A stretch of DNA of 64,000 bases from Clostridia bacterium (GCA_017623575.1 JAGAOS010000005.1:14350-78349), one strand, 5' to 3'; positions 35,642-45,633 are shown, counted from the first letter of the stretch. Notes: generated by a model not told the origin, from the letters alone. Numbers and translations: made by a program.

Positions 35642-36208
35642 ATGTCAAAAGAAATCCGTAAGGTAAAAATCGGGATGGACGGTATAAAAAAGGATATAGC
35701 AAATGATAGCAACCTTTACGCATTTGTTATTTTAACAATATTCCTACCATTATTAATTATTGCCATAGTTAGTATTATTCAGTTGGAGTCGATTGGTTTT
35801 ACTTTGTATTTCGTGTGGGCTGAAATAATTATAATTGCATTGTATATTGTTTTATATTTTTCTATCATACATACTAGAATATATAGTTTTATTGCTCTTA
35901 AAAAAGGTAATATAACTATAAAAAAGGATAAAATTGTCGATATTAAAGAAACACCCCGCAGACATGGTGTTGTTTTTTATGATTTAATATTTGCACAGCG
36001 TATACCTACAGGTAAAACAACAAAACCTATTATTTTTTCAACAAGTAATCGAGTGAAATTGTATGAATGGTCGGTAAATGAAATGGATGGTAACTGGATA
36101 GGTAAAATAGACGACGAATATTATCTTATATTTTTAGGCAAAAGAAAAAAACCATTTATGGTTTACAACACAAGATATTTTTATATTGAGGGTGACGAAA
36201 ATGAATAA
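35642..36208 (+). CDS. Hypothetical membrane protein
   Basis: 188 aa with two TM segments and an AAGGAGAAG RBS. Confidence 0.5.
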   Translation: MSKEIRKVKIGMDGIKKDIANDSNLYAFVILTIFLPLLIIAIVSIIQLESIGFTLYFVWAEIIIIALYIVLYFSIIHTRIYSFIALKKGNITIKKDKIVDIKETPRRHGVVFYDLIFAQRIPTGKTTKPIIFSTSNRVKLYEWSVNEMDGNWIGKIDDEYYLIFLGKRKKPFMVYNTRYFYIEGDENE

Positions 36209-36851
36209 TTTAATTAACAAGGTGGCAGAAAATTTAACTAAAAATAATATGGAAGCCTTTGTGGTGGATAAAAAGGATGAAATAATCCCACTTTTAAAAT
36301 CACTTATGCCAAAGGGCGCATCGGTAGGTGTGGGTGGCTCGGCAACTCTGGATGAGCTGGGGGTTATCCCCTTTCTCCGCGAGGGTGATTACAGCTTCTT
36401 TGACCGCTATGCCGAGGGACTTTCCCGCCCCGAAGCGGTGGAAATTATGAGGCAGGCACTTTTATCTGATGTGTTTATAACCTCCTCCAACGCCGTAACC
36501 GAAAAGGGTGAGCTTTACAATGTGGATGGCAACGGTAACCGTGTTGCCGCCCTCTGCTTTGGACCCAAAACCGTAATTGTTATTGTAGGCGCAAACAAAA
36601 TTGTTAAGGATTTAAAGGCGGCTGAGGAAAGGGTTAAAACCATAGCCGCCCCAAAAAACTGTAGGCGATTGGAAATTGAATCCCCCTGCTATAAGCTGGG
36701 CGAATGTGCATCTATGGGCTTTAAAGACCGTGAGATGTGTGACGGATGCCGCACCGACGAAAGAATCTGCAGCACCTATGTATTAAGCGGATATCAACGA
36801 GTTAGGGACAGAATTAAGGTTATTATCTGCAAGGAAAATTTAGGTTATTAA
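36201..36851 (+). CDS. LUD-domain (lactate utilisation protein C-like, DUF162) protein
   Basis: The ATG at 36201 overlaps the upstream stop. GASVGVGGSATLDELGVIPFLREGDYSFFDRY and the C-terminal Cys cluster CxxxxxC...CDGC are typical of the family. Confidence 0.7.
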   Translation: MNNLINKVAENLTKNNMEAFVVDKKDEIIPLLKSLMPKGASVGVGGSATLDELGVIPFLREGDYSFFDRYAEGLSRPEAVEIMRQALLSDVFITSSNAVTEKGELYNVDGNGNRVAALCFGPKTVIVIVGANKIVKDLKAAEERVKTIAAPKNCRRLEIESPCYKLGECASMGFKDREMCDGCRTDERICSTYVLSGYQRVRDRIKVIICKENLGY

Positions 36852-36898
36852 AGCCAAAAACACCTCATATATTTTAGTAATATACGGAGGTGTGTATA

Positions 36899-38131
36899 AT
36901 GAAAAAGCATATTAATTTTTTAGCGGTATTTATGGCAATTATTTTTTCCATAATGCCGCTTTTTTCTGTCCATTTTATGGCTGTGGCAGAGGTTGCCACC
37001 GAATATTTAAGTGATGACCTTTTAACCGAAATTCCAATTATCCCTGCCGCCGCTACGGTGGATACCGCCCTTAGCATTAAGGCAAAAAGCACCGTTTTAA
37101 TGGAACCCTACACAGGCAAGGTGCTTTATGAAAGCAATGCCGATGAAAAACTTGCCCCGGCATCAATTACAAAGATAATGTCACTGCTTTTGGTTATGGA
37201 GGCCATTGAAAACGAAAAGCTTACCCTTGATACAAAGGTATCTGCAAGTGAGCACGCGGCATCTATGGGTGGCTCACAGATATGGCTGGAGGTTGGCGAG
37301 CAAATGACGGTGGATGAGCTACTTCGGGCATCGGTAATAGCAAGCGCAAACGATGCAACGGTGGCTCTTGCCGAGGCCGTTTCGGGTAGTGAGGAAACCT
37401 TTGTTGAGCTTATGAACAAGCGGGCAAAGGAGCTTGGAATGAAAAACACAACCTTTAAAAATGCCTGCGGCTTGGATGCAGACGGGCATCTTACCACAGG
37501 CAGGGATGTTGCTATAATGGCATCGGCTTTAATTAAACACGCTTTAATTAAAAAGTATTCCACGGTATGGATGGATGCTCTTCGCGGGGGAAAAAGCGAG
37601 CTTACCAACACCAACAAATTAGTGCGATATTATAACGGTGCAACAGGGCTTAAAACAGGCACAACTTCCAAGGCGGGGTGCTGTGTTGCCGCTACCGCCC
37701 AGCGCGAGGGTATGGAGCTTGTAGCCGTTGTAATGGGCGGTGAAAACAGTAACGAGCGTTTTACAGGTGCCAAAAAGCTGCTTGATTACGGCTTTGCAAA
37801 CTGGTCCTTTGTCAGTCTTACCCCCGACCTTAACAATGTGGGTAAAATTCCAATTTCAAAGGGTATGGAAGGTTTTATTACTACCGATTCGGGCGGCGGC
37901 GCAATAGATTTACTTTTGCCAAAGGGCAAGCAGGATGAAATCACACAAACGGTTGAAATAAAAGAAAACATTGAGGCGCCTGTTACGGCGGGTGATGTAA
38001 TTGGTAGCGTTAAATTTACATCAGACGGTAAGCTGTTGGGTGAGCTTCCCATATATTCGGCAAACAGTGTAGCAAAGGTAACCTTTTTTAATGCGTTGGG
38101 ACTTATATTATCGTCTGCTATTATTCCCTGA
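36899..38131 (+). CDS. D-alanyl-D-alanine carboxypeptidase (S11, PBP5 type)
   Basis: Signal/anchor sequence, SITKIM (SxxK), ASANDA (SxN), LKTGTT (KTG) and a C-terminal beta domain. Confidence 0.9.
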   Translation: MKKHINFLAVFMAIIFSIMPLFSVHFMAVAEVATEYLSDDLLTEIPIIPAAATVDTALSIKAKSTVLMEPYTGKVLYESNADEKLAPASITKIMSLLLVMEAIENEKLTLDTKVSASEHAASMGGSQIWLEVGEQMTVDELLRASVIASANDATVALAEAVSGSEETFVELMNKRAKELGMKNTTFKNACGLDADGHLTTGRDVAIMASALIKHALIKKYSTVWMDALRGGKSELTNTNKLVRYYNGATGLKTGTTSKAGCCVAATAQREGMELVAVVMGGENSNERFTGAKKLLDYGFANWSFVSLTPDLNNVGKIPISKGMEGFITTDSGGGAIDLLLPKGKQDEITQTVEIKENIEAPVTAGDVIGSVKFTSDGKLLGELPIYSANSVAKVTFFNALGLILSSAIIP

Positions 38132-38232
38132 CTGTAAGTAAAAAAGCATCGATTTTTTTGCAAAACTACTATATAGAAGATACTTAAATATTAATTATAT
38201 GTAAAAAAATAATAAAAATAACAAAAATTCTA

Positions 38233-38261
38233 TTGCAAAATGGGAAAATATATAGTACAAT
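38233..38261 (+). promoter_or_regulatory. Candidate sigma-A promoter of pgi
   Basis: TTGCAA, a 17-nt spacer, then TACAAT. Confidence 0.5.
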
Positions 38262-38296
38262 ATACTAAACCCTAGCAATATAAAAGGAGCAAATCA

Positions 38297-39637
38297 ATGG
38301 CAATTTTATTTAACGAAAAATATGCAAAGGATTTTATTTCTGCAAATGACCTTAAAGGTCTGGAGCCTTACATTAGTATGGCACATAATCAGCTTGTTAA
38401 TAAAACAGGTTTGGGTAATGACTTTTTAGGTTGGGTAAATCTTCCGTTTGATTATGACAAAGAAGAATTTGCCCGCATTAAAAAAGCGGCAGAAAAAATC
38501 AGAAATGATAGTGATGTTTTAATAGTAATAGGCATTGGCGGTTCCTATTTAGGCGCCCGCGCCGCTATTGAATTTTTAAAATCGCCCTACTACAACTCCC
38601 TTAGAGGCGATTCCCCCGAAATTTACTTCGCCGGCAACAGCATAAGTGGCTCAGCCCTTAATGATGTGCTTAAAATGTGCGAGGGCAAGCGTGTTTCAGT
38701 AAACATTATCTCTAAATCAGGAACCACAACCGAACCTGCAATTGCTTTTAGAGTTTTCCGCAACTATCTTGAGCAGCAATACGGTGAGGAAGAGGCGGCA
38801 AAACGCATTTACTGCACCACCGATAAGGCCCGCGGTACACTTAAAGCTCTTGCCGATGAAAAAGGCTATGAATGCTTTGTTATTCCTGATGATGTAGGCG
38901 GTCGTTTCTCGGTACTAACAGCAGTTGGACTTCTTCCAATAGCCGTTTCGGGCGCTGATATTGATGCTATTATGGCAGGTGCAGCCGCCGCGGCAGAGGA
39001 ATACAGTGTTTGTGATATTGAAAAAAATGATTGTTACCGTTATGCCGCGCTTCGCAATGCTCTTTACCGCAAGGGTAAGGAAATTGAGCTTGTTGTTTCT
39101 TACGAACCCCGCTTTGCAATGTTTGCTGAGTGGTTCAAGCAGCTTTTCGGTGAGAGCGAGGGTAAGGATAATAAGGGTATTTTCCCCGCATCTGTAATCT
39201 TCTCAACCGACCTGCACTCAATGGGTCAGTATATTCAAGACGGCAAACGAATTCTTTTTGAAACGGTTGTAAACATTGCCGACTGCGGCAGTGATACCGT
39301 TATTAAAGAAGAGGCTGACGACGGTGACGGACTCAACTTCTTAGCCGGCAAAAACCTTTCATTTGTTAATCAAAAAGCTTTTGAGGGCACAGTTCTGGCA
39401 CATACCGACGGTGGTGTTCCCTGCTTTGTTATTGATGTTGAAAAGGCCGACGAGGAAAATCTGGGCAAGCTTATTTATTTCTTTGAAAAGTCTTGTGCAA
39501 TATCGGGATATCTTTTGGGTGTTAATCCCTTTGACCAGCCCGGTGTAGAAAGCTACAAAAAGAATATGTTTGCTTTACTGGGTAAGCCCGGCAATGAAGA
39601 TGAAAAAGCAATACTTGAAGCAAGACTTAACAAATAA
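38297..39637 (+). CDS. pgi: Glucose-6-phosphate isomerase
   Basis: 446 aa. Contains [35 protein letters not shown] and GESEGK. Confidence 0.95.
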   Translation: MAILFNEKYAKDFISANDLKGLEPYISMAHNQLVNKTGLGNDFLGWVNLPFDYDKEEFARIKKAAEKIRNDSDVLIVIGIGGSYLGARAAIEFLKSPYYNSLRGDSPEIYFAGNSISGSALNDVLKMCEGKRVSVNIISKSGTTTEPAIAFRVFRNYLEQQYGEEEAAKRIYCTTDKARGTLKALADEKGYECFVIPDDVGGRFSVLTAVGLLPIAVSGADIDAIMAGAAAAAEEYSVCDIEKNDCYRYAALRNALYRKGKEIELVVSYEPRFAMFAEWFKQLFGESEGKDNKGIFPASVIFSTDLHSMGQYIQDGKRILFETVVNIADCGSDTVIKEEADDGDGLNFLAGKNLSFVNQKAFEGTVLAHTDGGVPCFVIDVEKADEENLGKLIYFFEKSCAISGYLLGVNPFDQPGVESYKKNMFALLGKPGNEDEKAILEARLNK

Positions 39638-39688
39638 TTAAGGCAATTACCGTTTTTAACGGTTAAAAATATAAAGGAGTGAATTGCA

Positions 39689-40105
39689 ATGATTCAACTT
39701 ATCATTGGAAAAAAAGGTTCAGGTAAAACAAAAAAATTAATTGACTTAGTAAACGCCGCAACAGAGGCCAGTAAGGGCAATGTTGTTTGTGTTGAAAAAG
39801 GCGATACTTTGACTTTTAATATTACACATAGAGCACGCTTGATTGATGCTGAAAGCTATGGCATTAGCGGTTACGGTGAGCTTTATGCTCTGCTTTGCGG
39901 AATTCAGTCTGCAAACCATGATGTTACCGATATTTTTGTAGATGCTACCCTTCGCCTTGGCAGCAGAAATTATGATGAGCTTGCCGCCTTCCTCGACAGA
40001 CTTTCTGCAGTTGCTGAGGAATGCAACACCAAGTTCACCTTCACTGTTTCCTGTGACGAAGCAGAGCTTCCCGCAAAAATCTTTGAGGTTGCAACAAAGC
40101 TTTAA
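39689..40105 (+). CDS. Small hypothetical P-loop protein
   Basis: 138 aa with Walker A GKKGSGKTK near the N-terminus. Confidence 0.5.
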   Translation: MIQLIIGKKGSGKTKKLIDLVNAATEASKGNVVCVEKGDTLTFNITHRARLIDAESYGISGYGELYALLCGIQSANHDVTDIFVDATLRLGSRNYDELAAFLDRLSAVAEECNTKFTFTVSCDEAELPAKIFEVATKL

Positions 40106-40124
40106 TTTTACATTATGAACTTTT

Positions 40125-40168
40125 TAAGAAGTCTGATGGAGCTTTTGCTCTGTCAGGCTTCTTTTTTG
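40125..40168 (+). terminator. Intrinsic terminator
   Basis: Stem aagaagtctga / tcaggcttctt followed by a ttttttgg run. Confidence 0.7.
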
Positions 40169-40225
40169 GTTTCTTTTAAAATCTACAAAATACGCCTTAA
40201 AATCAGTATTTTTTTAATAAATTTA

Positions 40226-40254
40226 TTGACATATTGTTTATAATATGTTAATAT
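40226..40254 (+). promoter_or_regulatory. Candidate sigma-A promoter driving the lysine riboswitch leader
   Basis: TTGACA, a 17-nt spacer, then TAATAT. Confidence 0.6.
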
Positions 40255-40268
40255 TTCTTTGTAATGTT

Positions 40269-40428
40269 GATAGAGGTTGCGGTGTTTATCAGTAATCCTT
40301 TTAAAAGTGGGGTAACACTATGGGACGAAAGGAAACATCGCCGAAGCAGATTTGATTTTACCATTCGGTCATTTTTGCTGGTTTATTGCAAAATATGTAA
40401 TAAACTGTCACTTATGTGGAGCGCTATC
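40269..40428 (+). promoter_or_regulatory. Lysine riboswitch (L box) aptamer
   Basis: Ordered conserved L-box elements are present: GATAGAGGTTGCG, CAGTAA, GTGGGG, GAAAGG, CGCCGAAGCA, TTGCTGG, AACTGTCA and a closing GGAGCGCTATC. It aligns by eye to the B. subtilis lysC leader. Confidence 0.85.
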
Positions 40429-40450
40429 TTATGACAAATCCCCGCACTTT

Positions 40451-40485
40451 GTCACGGTAGCCATACCGTGGCTTATTTTATTTTT
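40451..40485 (+). terminator. Riboswitch expression-platform terminator
   Basis: Stem gtcacggta / taccgtggc followed by ttattttattttt, immediately before the GGAGG RBS of the transporter gene. Confidence 0.7.
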
Positions 40486-40497
40486 GGAGGTAAAAAA

Positions 40498-42135
40498 ATG
40501 ACAGCAAAAAAAATCATCCCTAAAGTGCTGATTGTTGCCTTTGTTGTTGGCTTTGGTGTTCTCTGCGCCTGTACAGGCAGTATCACAAGCCCCGTTGGCA
40601 CACTCTGGTCACTTTTTCCACCCGTAGTTGCAATTGGACTTGCGCTACTCACCAAAGAGGTTTACTCCTCACTTTTTGTAGGTATTGTTGTTGGCGGCTT
40701 GCTTGCAACAGGCTTTAACCCCTTAAAAACAATTGACGAGGTAACCACCACCGGCTTTATTGGTGCTGTTTCGGGTACCGCTGGTATTTTTGTTTTCCTT
40801 GTAATTCTGGGTATTATCGTTGCTTTACTTAATAAGGCAGGCGGCTCCAGAGCCTTTGGAGAATGGGCATCCAAGCACATAAAATCAAAAATCGGCGCTT
40901 CTATTGCAACCTTCTTCTTCGGTATACTTATTTTTATTGACGACTATTTTAACTGCCTTACAGTTGGTGCAGTTATGCGTCCCGTTACCGATAAAACCAA
41001 AATTTCCCGCGCTAAGCTGGCATACTTAATTGATGCTACCGCCGCCCCTGTATGTATGATAGCACCTATCTCATCCTGGGCAGCCGCAGTTGCTACCTAT
41101 ATTGATGTTCCCGAAGGAATGAGCGAAATTGGCATTTTCTGTCAGGCAATTCCTTACAACTTCTATTCGCTTTTAACCTTTGTTTTCGTAATAACACTCA
41201 CCCTTATGAAATTTGATTACGGCCCAATGAAATTGCACGAAATGAATGCTATGAAGGGTGACCTTTTTACAAGCGGTGAAAAGGTTGAAGCAAGAAGCGA
41301 AGAAGAACCCTCAACAGGCAAGGCTAAGGTTATTGACCTTATTGTTCCTATTGTAGTTCTTATTGTTATCTGCGTTATCGCACTTCCCTTTGTTGGCGCT
41401 AGCTTCGGCGGCGAGGATGGTGCTTTCGGTGCAGAGTATTATGATAGCTCTATAGGCTTTATTGAAGCTTTCTCAGCAACCGATGCAACCATTGCGCTCC
41501 CCTTAGGCGGAATTATTGCTTTAATTGCAGTTATTATTTACTTTATTGCAAGAAGACTTGTTTCCTTTAAAGAGGCTATGGATTGCATTCCCAAGGGCTT
41601 TATTGCTATGGTTCCCGCAATTTTAATTCTTACAATGGCTACCTCTCTTAAAAATATGACCGGTCTTTTAGATTCCGATACATTTGTTCAAGGCGCTCTT
41701 GCCTCGGCAGGTTCTTTACATAATTTCTTGCCCGCAATTATATTCCTTGTTGCTTGCGGAATTTCCTTTGCAACCGGTACATCTTGGGGTACATTCGGTA
41801 TTTTGTTACCAATAGTAATAGGCATATTCCCAATTGGCACCGCTGTAAGCTACATAGGTATGTCTGCTTGCCTTGCAGGTGCTGTTTGCGGTGACCATTG
41901 CTCACCTATTTCCGATACCACCATTATGTCCTCTGCGGGCGCTCAGTGCGACCACTTAAATCATGTGTCCACCCAGCTGCCCTACGCAATCACCGTTGCG
42001 GCAATATCATTTGTAAACTTCCTTATTGCTCCCTTTATTCAGAGCGCTTGGATTTGCCTGCCCATTGGTATTGTAATGACAGTTGCAGTTCTCTTTGTAA
42101 TTAAATTTGCAACAAAAAACAAAACCGTAGCTTAG
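40498..42135 (+). CDS. NhaC-family Na+/H+ antiporter-type transporter, probably a lysine transporter (LysW-like)
   Basis: ATG at 40498 with a GGAGG RBS. 545 aa, polytopic. Lysine riboswitches upstream of NhaC-type transporters are a known arrangement in Firmicutes. Confidence 0.8.
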   Translation: MTAKKIIPKVLIVAFVVGFGVLCACTGSITSPVGTLWSLFPPVVAIGLALLTKEVYSSLFVGIVVGGLLATGFNPLKTIDEVTTTGFIGAVSGTAGIFVFLVILGIIVALLNKAGGSRAFGEWASKHIKSKIGASIATFFFGILIFIDDYFNCLTVGAVMRPVTDKTKISRAKLAYLIDATAAPVCMIAPISSWAAAVATYIDVPEGMSEIGIFCQAIPYNFYSLLTFVFVITLTLMKFDYGPMKLHEMNAMKGDLFTSGEKVEARSEEEPSTGKAKVIDLIVPIVVLIVICVIALPFVGASFGGEDGAFGAEYYDSSIGFIEAFSATDATIALPLGGIIALIAVIIYFIARRLVSFKEAMDCIPKGFIAMVPAILILTMATSLKNMTGLLDSDTFVQGALASAGSLHNFLPAIIFLVACGISFATGTSWGTFGILLPIVIGIFPIGTAVSYIGMSACLAGAVCGDHCSPISDTTIMSSAGAQCDHLNHVSTQLPYAITVAAISFVNFLIAPFIQSAWICLPIGIVMTVAVLFVIKFATKNKTVA

Positions 42136-42170
42136 TAATTTGCAACTAATTTAATATCTGTTTAAAATTT

Positions 42171-42203
42171 AAAGACCTTGCCATTAGACAAGGTCTTTTT
42201 TTA
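42171..42203. terminator. Intrinsic terminator between convergent genes
   Basis: Stem aaagaccttg / caaggtcttt followed by a tttt run. Confidence 0.75.
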
Positions 42204-42273
42204 GTGCAAAATTTAATTTTATTAAGATGATATTTTGTGATTATATGTAATATTTGTATTCCATCAAGGCGTA

Positions 42274-42600
42274 TTATTTATTATCTAGTTGTTCCTTAGT
42301 TTCTTTTCTGCTTTGTTCTACAACCTGCAGTATTTGCACTGTGCTTAGCGTATTTTCATGCTCGATTGTTTTGCTTTGCTGTTTTACACATTCAGCGCAG
42401 ATTTGGCCAAGCCCAATCTCATAATTATCCCGCAAATCTACCGGCATAGAAATTGGCACATCAGTCAATGCGCCACATATTACACAACGCTCAAATTCTT
42501 TGCTTTTAGCAGATTTCTTCACCCGTTCAGACTTATTTTTGCGTGACGAACGAGTACCCCCAAAAAATTGGGAGATTTTGAGAAATATCTTTAACCTCAT
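42274..42600 (-). CDS. Small Cys4 zinc-ribbon-like protein, last gene of the fibre operon
   Basis: 108 aa with CVICG...CAEC. The ATG directly follows the upstream TAA, with a GAGGTGA RBS inside the upstream gene. Confidence 0.55.
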   Translation of the reverse strand: MRLKIFLKISQFFGGTRSSRKNKSERVKKSAKSKEFERCVICGALTDVPISMPVDLRDNYEIGLGQICAECVKQQSKTIEHENTLSTVQILQVVEQSRKETKEQLDNK

Positions 42601-43440
42601 TTATTCGTTCACCTCGGTGGTGGTAGTAGGTTCGTCTGTAGTTTCCGAATTTTCGATTACAGACTGGGTTTCTGTGTTTTCCTGGGTGGTTGACGGATTT
42701 GCTGACACAGAATCAGTATCTTCTACATCCAGCTTAGTACCGCCTTGATTATCATCGGGTGCACTGGATTCATTGGAATCAGGCAAGTCTGACTGTGACT
42801 GCAAAACAGCATCGCAATCGGCTTCGGAAATGCCGTTAATAATCATAACTACCTTGTTTTTTCCAACATCCTCATTAGTAATATACAATCTATCATTTTC
42901 GCCGTTTTGTGCATAATCGGCGTAATATGAAGATGTTCCCCAATGAGAAGTAAAGGTAACAGTGGTGTCAGCAGTAGGCTTAAGCTGGAAGATTACCTTA
43001 TCGGTAAATCTACCTGAAACCGTTTCATCAGCGCCAATTTGCTGAGTATGGAAGGTATCTGCACAACCGAGGGCGGTAACTATACAAAAACCTGTTTTTG
43101 CCGTACTATCAACACTTTCGTTCAAAGTAACAGTATAAATTTTGCCTGCCATTAATTTTGCAGTGTATGAGGCATTGGGCAGTTTTTCAACTTCAATCGG
43201 GGTGGTGCTTCCATTTTCGGTTATGCTGATTACAGCATCTGCCTCAAAATTCGCCGCTTTAATAGTATTGAAGCCGGAGGTGATATCGTGAGAAAAATAG
43301 GCATATGCAGTAAAGCTCATACCAATCAAGCACAAAACAACAGTAACTACAGTTGCCACAACTCGCATAAGCATTGTTTTTTCACTGATTTTTTCATCCT
43401 TGGGTATGTAAAAATTCTCTTTATAAAAGCTTCTCACCAA
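42601..43440 (-). CDS. Secreted protein with a SipW-type signal peptide and an acidic S/T-rich tail
   Basis: 279 aa. After the TM segment comes SFTAYAYFSHDITS. The C-terminal 80 aa are rich in D, E, S and T. Confidence 0.55.
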   Translation of the reverse strand: MVRSFYKENFYIPKDEKISEKTMLMRVVATVVTVVLCLIGMSFTAYAYFSHDITSGFNTIKAANFEADAVISITENGSTTPIEVEKLPNASYTAKLMAGKIYTVTLNESVDSTAKTGFCIVTALGCADTFHTQQIGADETVSGRFTDKVIFQLKPTADTTVTFTSHWGTSSYYADYAQNGENDRLYITNEDVGKNKVVMIINGISEADCDAVLQSQSDLPDSNESSAPDDNQGGTKLDVEDTDSVSANPSTTQENTETQSVIENSETTDEPTTTTEVNE

Positions 43441-43471
43441 ATCAACCTCCTTTCTTAATTTTTACTGATAA

Positions 43472-44125
43472 TTAGGGCTTTTTTATTTGATCTGCCTTGA
43501 CGGTAATGCCAAGATCCACCTCAGGAATAGTATCCCCACGGTAGTTGGCAACATTATCAACCTCTTTAGGCATACGGACAATGAGTGCAATGTATTTTGT
43601 TTCACCGGGATTTAATACCGCAGTTTCGGTATCATAGTTATGTAAAGGCATATCTGCAAGCTTCACAGCTGCATTTCGGTCAATAACACTATTCTTCATT
43701 TCGTTTTCGCTATTGGCGGTTGTAATGCCGAATTTTAAATAATCCTGCAGCATAAAGCGCTGACCGAATACATTAGTTGCCTGAATGCAACCGTTCACAT
43801 TAACTGCTGTATAAAATTCAAAAGGCAGGGTGCCTTTGTTTTCTACTTTTAAATACACAACCTGCACATAGCCGGGTTCATATAACGCTTCTTCATCAAA
43901 AATCTTGGTCTGACTGTCAACCTCTTCCCATTTTCCATCAGTAAGACGGTGAGATACCACCAAATCAAACTCAGCAAAATGAAAAATATTATTAATTTCG
44001 GGCGAGGTATCGGTAAACCAGGCAAGAGAGGTGCCTGTACCAAAAATTCCCCAGATAATAAGTGCGCACAAAGTAAGGACTAAAGCGATTCTTTTATAGG
44101 GTTTTTTCTTTGCGATTTTTTTCAA
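43472..44125 (-). CDS. TasA/camelysin-like fibre subunit with a SipW-type signal peptide
   Basis: 217 aa, TTG start with an AGGAGG RBS. Contains GTSLAWFTDTSPE and later YEPGYVQVVYLKVENKGTLPFEFY, the TasA-like WEPG...V.N.G.L block. Confidence 0.7.
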   Translation of the reverse strand: MKKIAKKKPYKRIALVLTLCALIIWGIFGTGTSLAWFTDTSPEINNIFHFAEFDLVVSHRLTDGKWEEVDSQTKIFDEEALYEPGYVQVVYLKVENKGTLPFEFYTAVNVNGCIQATNVFGQRFMLQDYLKFGITTANSENEMKNSVIDRNAAVKLADMPLHNYDTETAVLNPGETKYIALIVRMPKEVDNVANYRGDTIPEVDLGITVKADQIKKP

Positions 44126-44138
44126 GCTTTATTCCTCC

Positions 44139-44822
44139 TTATTTGTTTTTTGGGATTTTTTCTACATTCTCCTTATTCTTTTTTCGCCATACCAAAAGAA
44201 TAATAATCGTTGCAAGTGAAATTACCATAACAGCAATCCAAAGACCAATATTACTGTTATCACCCGTTGCGGGAGGCTTGGGATCGCCTTCTTCAACAGG
44301 AAATTCTTCAATCATAAATTGCCAATCAAGATAACCGATTTCACTTTGAAATTCATTATCCATCTCAACGGGAACATTTAATGTTACATCCAGATTGACC
44401 TCACCGCCCGAATAAAGGGTGCCAAGGCATACCCAATTGGTGAGCCCTGCTGTTTCATTCGCTGCGGCATCGAACATATATGCCATTTTATTATCACTGC
44501 TCTTTTCAACCTTCAAACCGAGCTGTGAAAGAAACTCCACAGAATTCTCGTGAGCGCCGAGAGAGCGCATATAGATTTTTACCTTTACCTTATTATCCGC
44601 ATTGTTTTTTACAGTGATTTTTTGTGTTAAGGTATCACCGGGCATAACGCCCTTGAAATTTGGGAAAAGGTCGGTCAAAGAATACTCGCTTCCGGGCTCA
44701 AATACAAACTCACCTGCGTTGCCGCTATAGGTTACTCTGCCATCTGCCGCATATGCAGAAAACGCAAAAAGAAAGGTAATAATAAAAGTGACAAAAACTA
44801 TAACAAAATTTTTTCTTAGCAC
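44139..44822 (-). CDS. TasA-like-domain surface protein with a classical signal peptide and a sortase (S/P)PxTG sorting signal
   Basis: 227 aa with an SAYA-ADG cleavage-like site. NFKGVMPGDTLTQKITVKNN is a TasA-like block. The C-terminus reads PPATGD, then a TM segment (IGLWIAVMVISLATIIILLVW), then RKKNK. Confidence 0.65.
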   Translation of the reverse strand: MLRKNFVIVFVTFIITFLFAFSAYAADGRVTYSGNAGEFVFEPGSEYSLTDLFPNFKGVMPGDTLTQKITVKNNADNKVKVKIYMRSLGAHENSVEFLSQLGLKVEKSSDNKMAYMFDAAANETAGLTNWVCLGTLYSGGEVNLDVTLNVPVEMDNEFQSEIGYLDWQFMIEEFPVEEGDPKPPATGDNSNIGLWIAVMVISLATIIILLVWRKKNKENVEKIPKNK

Positions 44823-44834
44823 CTGAAATCACCT

Positions 44835-45407
44835 CTATGCTTCTTCAGCGGGCCAACCGGATGCGGTATAGGTATTACCATCGCTGATGGGGTTGTTTTC
44901 ACTTTGTACCGCCTGAGCCTTAACGGTAAGATTAAGGGTTTTACCAAGATAACTGTTATCCACCTTGGAGCCGACGATTTCCACATGGGAGAACACCGCA
45001 GGAGTGGTTTCACCTGGATTTACAATGCCTGTATAGTAAAACCATCCGTCGGTATGAAGCACCCAATGTCGCTCATCAATATTAAGCTTGAAGCAATCCT
45101 CAGAGGAAAGCTCCTTTGAGTCGATACCGTAAACCATCTTAACACGGAGATAGAAAGGATGCTCACAATCACTTTCGATACTGACCTTCTTGGAAACAAT
45201 ATCTCCGGGAACGATATACACGCCCTCCCTTGGAAACTCGGTTCCCTGATCGGTCATTTCGTGAATTATAAAACGAATATTTCCGGTGGTAACAACATTT
45301 GTGGCTGTTCCAATAGTGGAATAATATGCAAGTGTGGACTGACTCATAAAGGTAACAAGAGCAGCAATAATAGCAACGATTAATATTTTAAATTTTGTCT
45401 TGCCCAA
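44835..45407 (-). CDS. BsaA/TasA-family SipW-dependent matrix protein
   Basis: I take the start as the TTG at 45407 behind an AAGGAGG RBS; the track ORF starts at 45446. Contains QSTLAYYSTIG, PGDIVSKKVSIES and the C-terminal TVKAQAVQSENN typical of BsaA-type proteins. Confidence 0.65.
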   Translation of the reverse strand: MGKTKFKILIVAIIAALVTFMSQSTLAYYSTIGTATNVVTTGNIRFIIHEMTDQGTEFPREGVYIVPGDIVSKKVSIESDCEHPFYLRVKMVYGIDSKELSSEDCFKLNIDERHWVLHTDGWFYYTGIVNPGETTPAVFSHVEIVGSKVDNSYLGKTLNLTVKAQAVQSENNPISDGNTYTASGWPAEEA

Positions 45408-45442
45408 TATAATGTCCTCCTTTTGCAAGATTTTGCCTATCA

Positions 45443-45633
45443 GCAATCAAAAGACAAAAACTACTGCGTAGTTTTGAAGTAATAAGTAATAGTGAATAGG
45501 TAATAAGTTCGGTGTGCCTTCGGCACGAATTTATTTTGTCGGCTCTGCCGACGCCTTACTTCTTACCTCTTACCTTAAAATGCAAAGCATTTTTGCCCTT
45601 TGATTGCCGCCTATCCCCCTTACGAGGGATAGG
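45443..45633 (-). repeat. Hairpin-rich composite intergenic repeat, copy A (full length)
   Basis: The outer arms gcaatcaaaagacaaaaa / tttttgccctttgattgc enclose the hairpins ctac-tgc-gtag, gtgcc-ttc-ggcac, gtcgg-ctctg-ccgac and aaaatgc-aaa-gcatttt, plus a purine-rich arm facing a pyrimidine-rich arm. A trailing hairpin cctatccc...gggatagg follows. Confidence 0.8.

Noticed and set aside
36186-36200. Upstream GTG start for the LUD-domain gene, and the similar upstream alternative starts at 26692, 36890, 40468, 60415 and 62558
   Set aside because: In each case an internal ATG a few codons downstream has a better-placed Shine-Dalgarno sequence and gives an N-terminus typical of the family.
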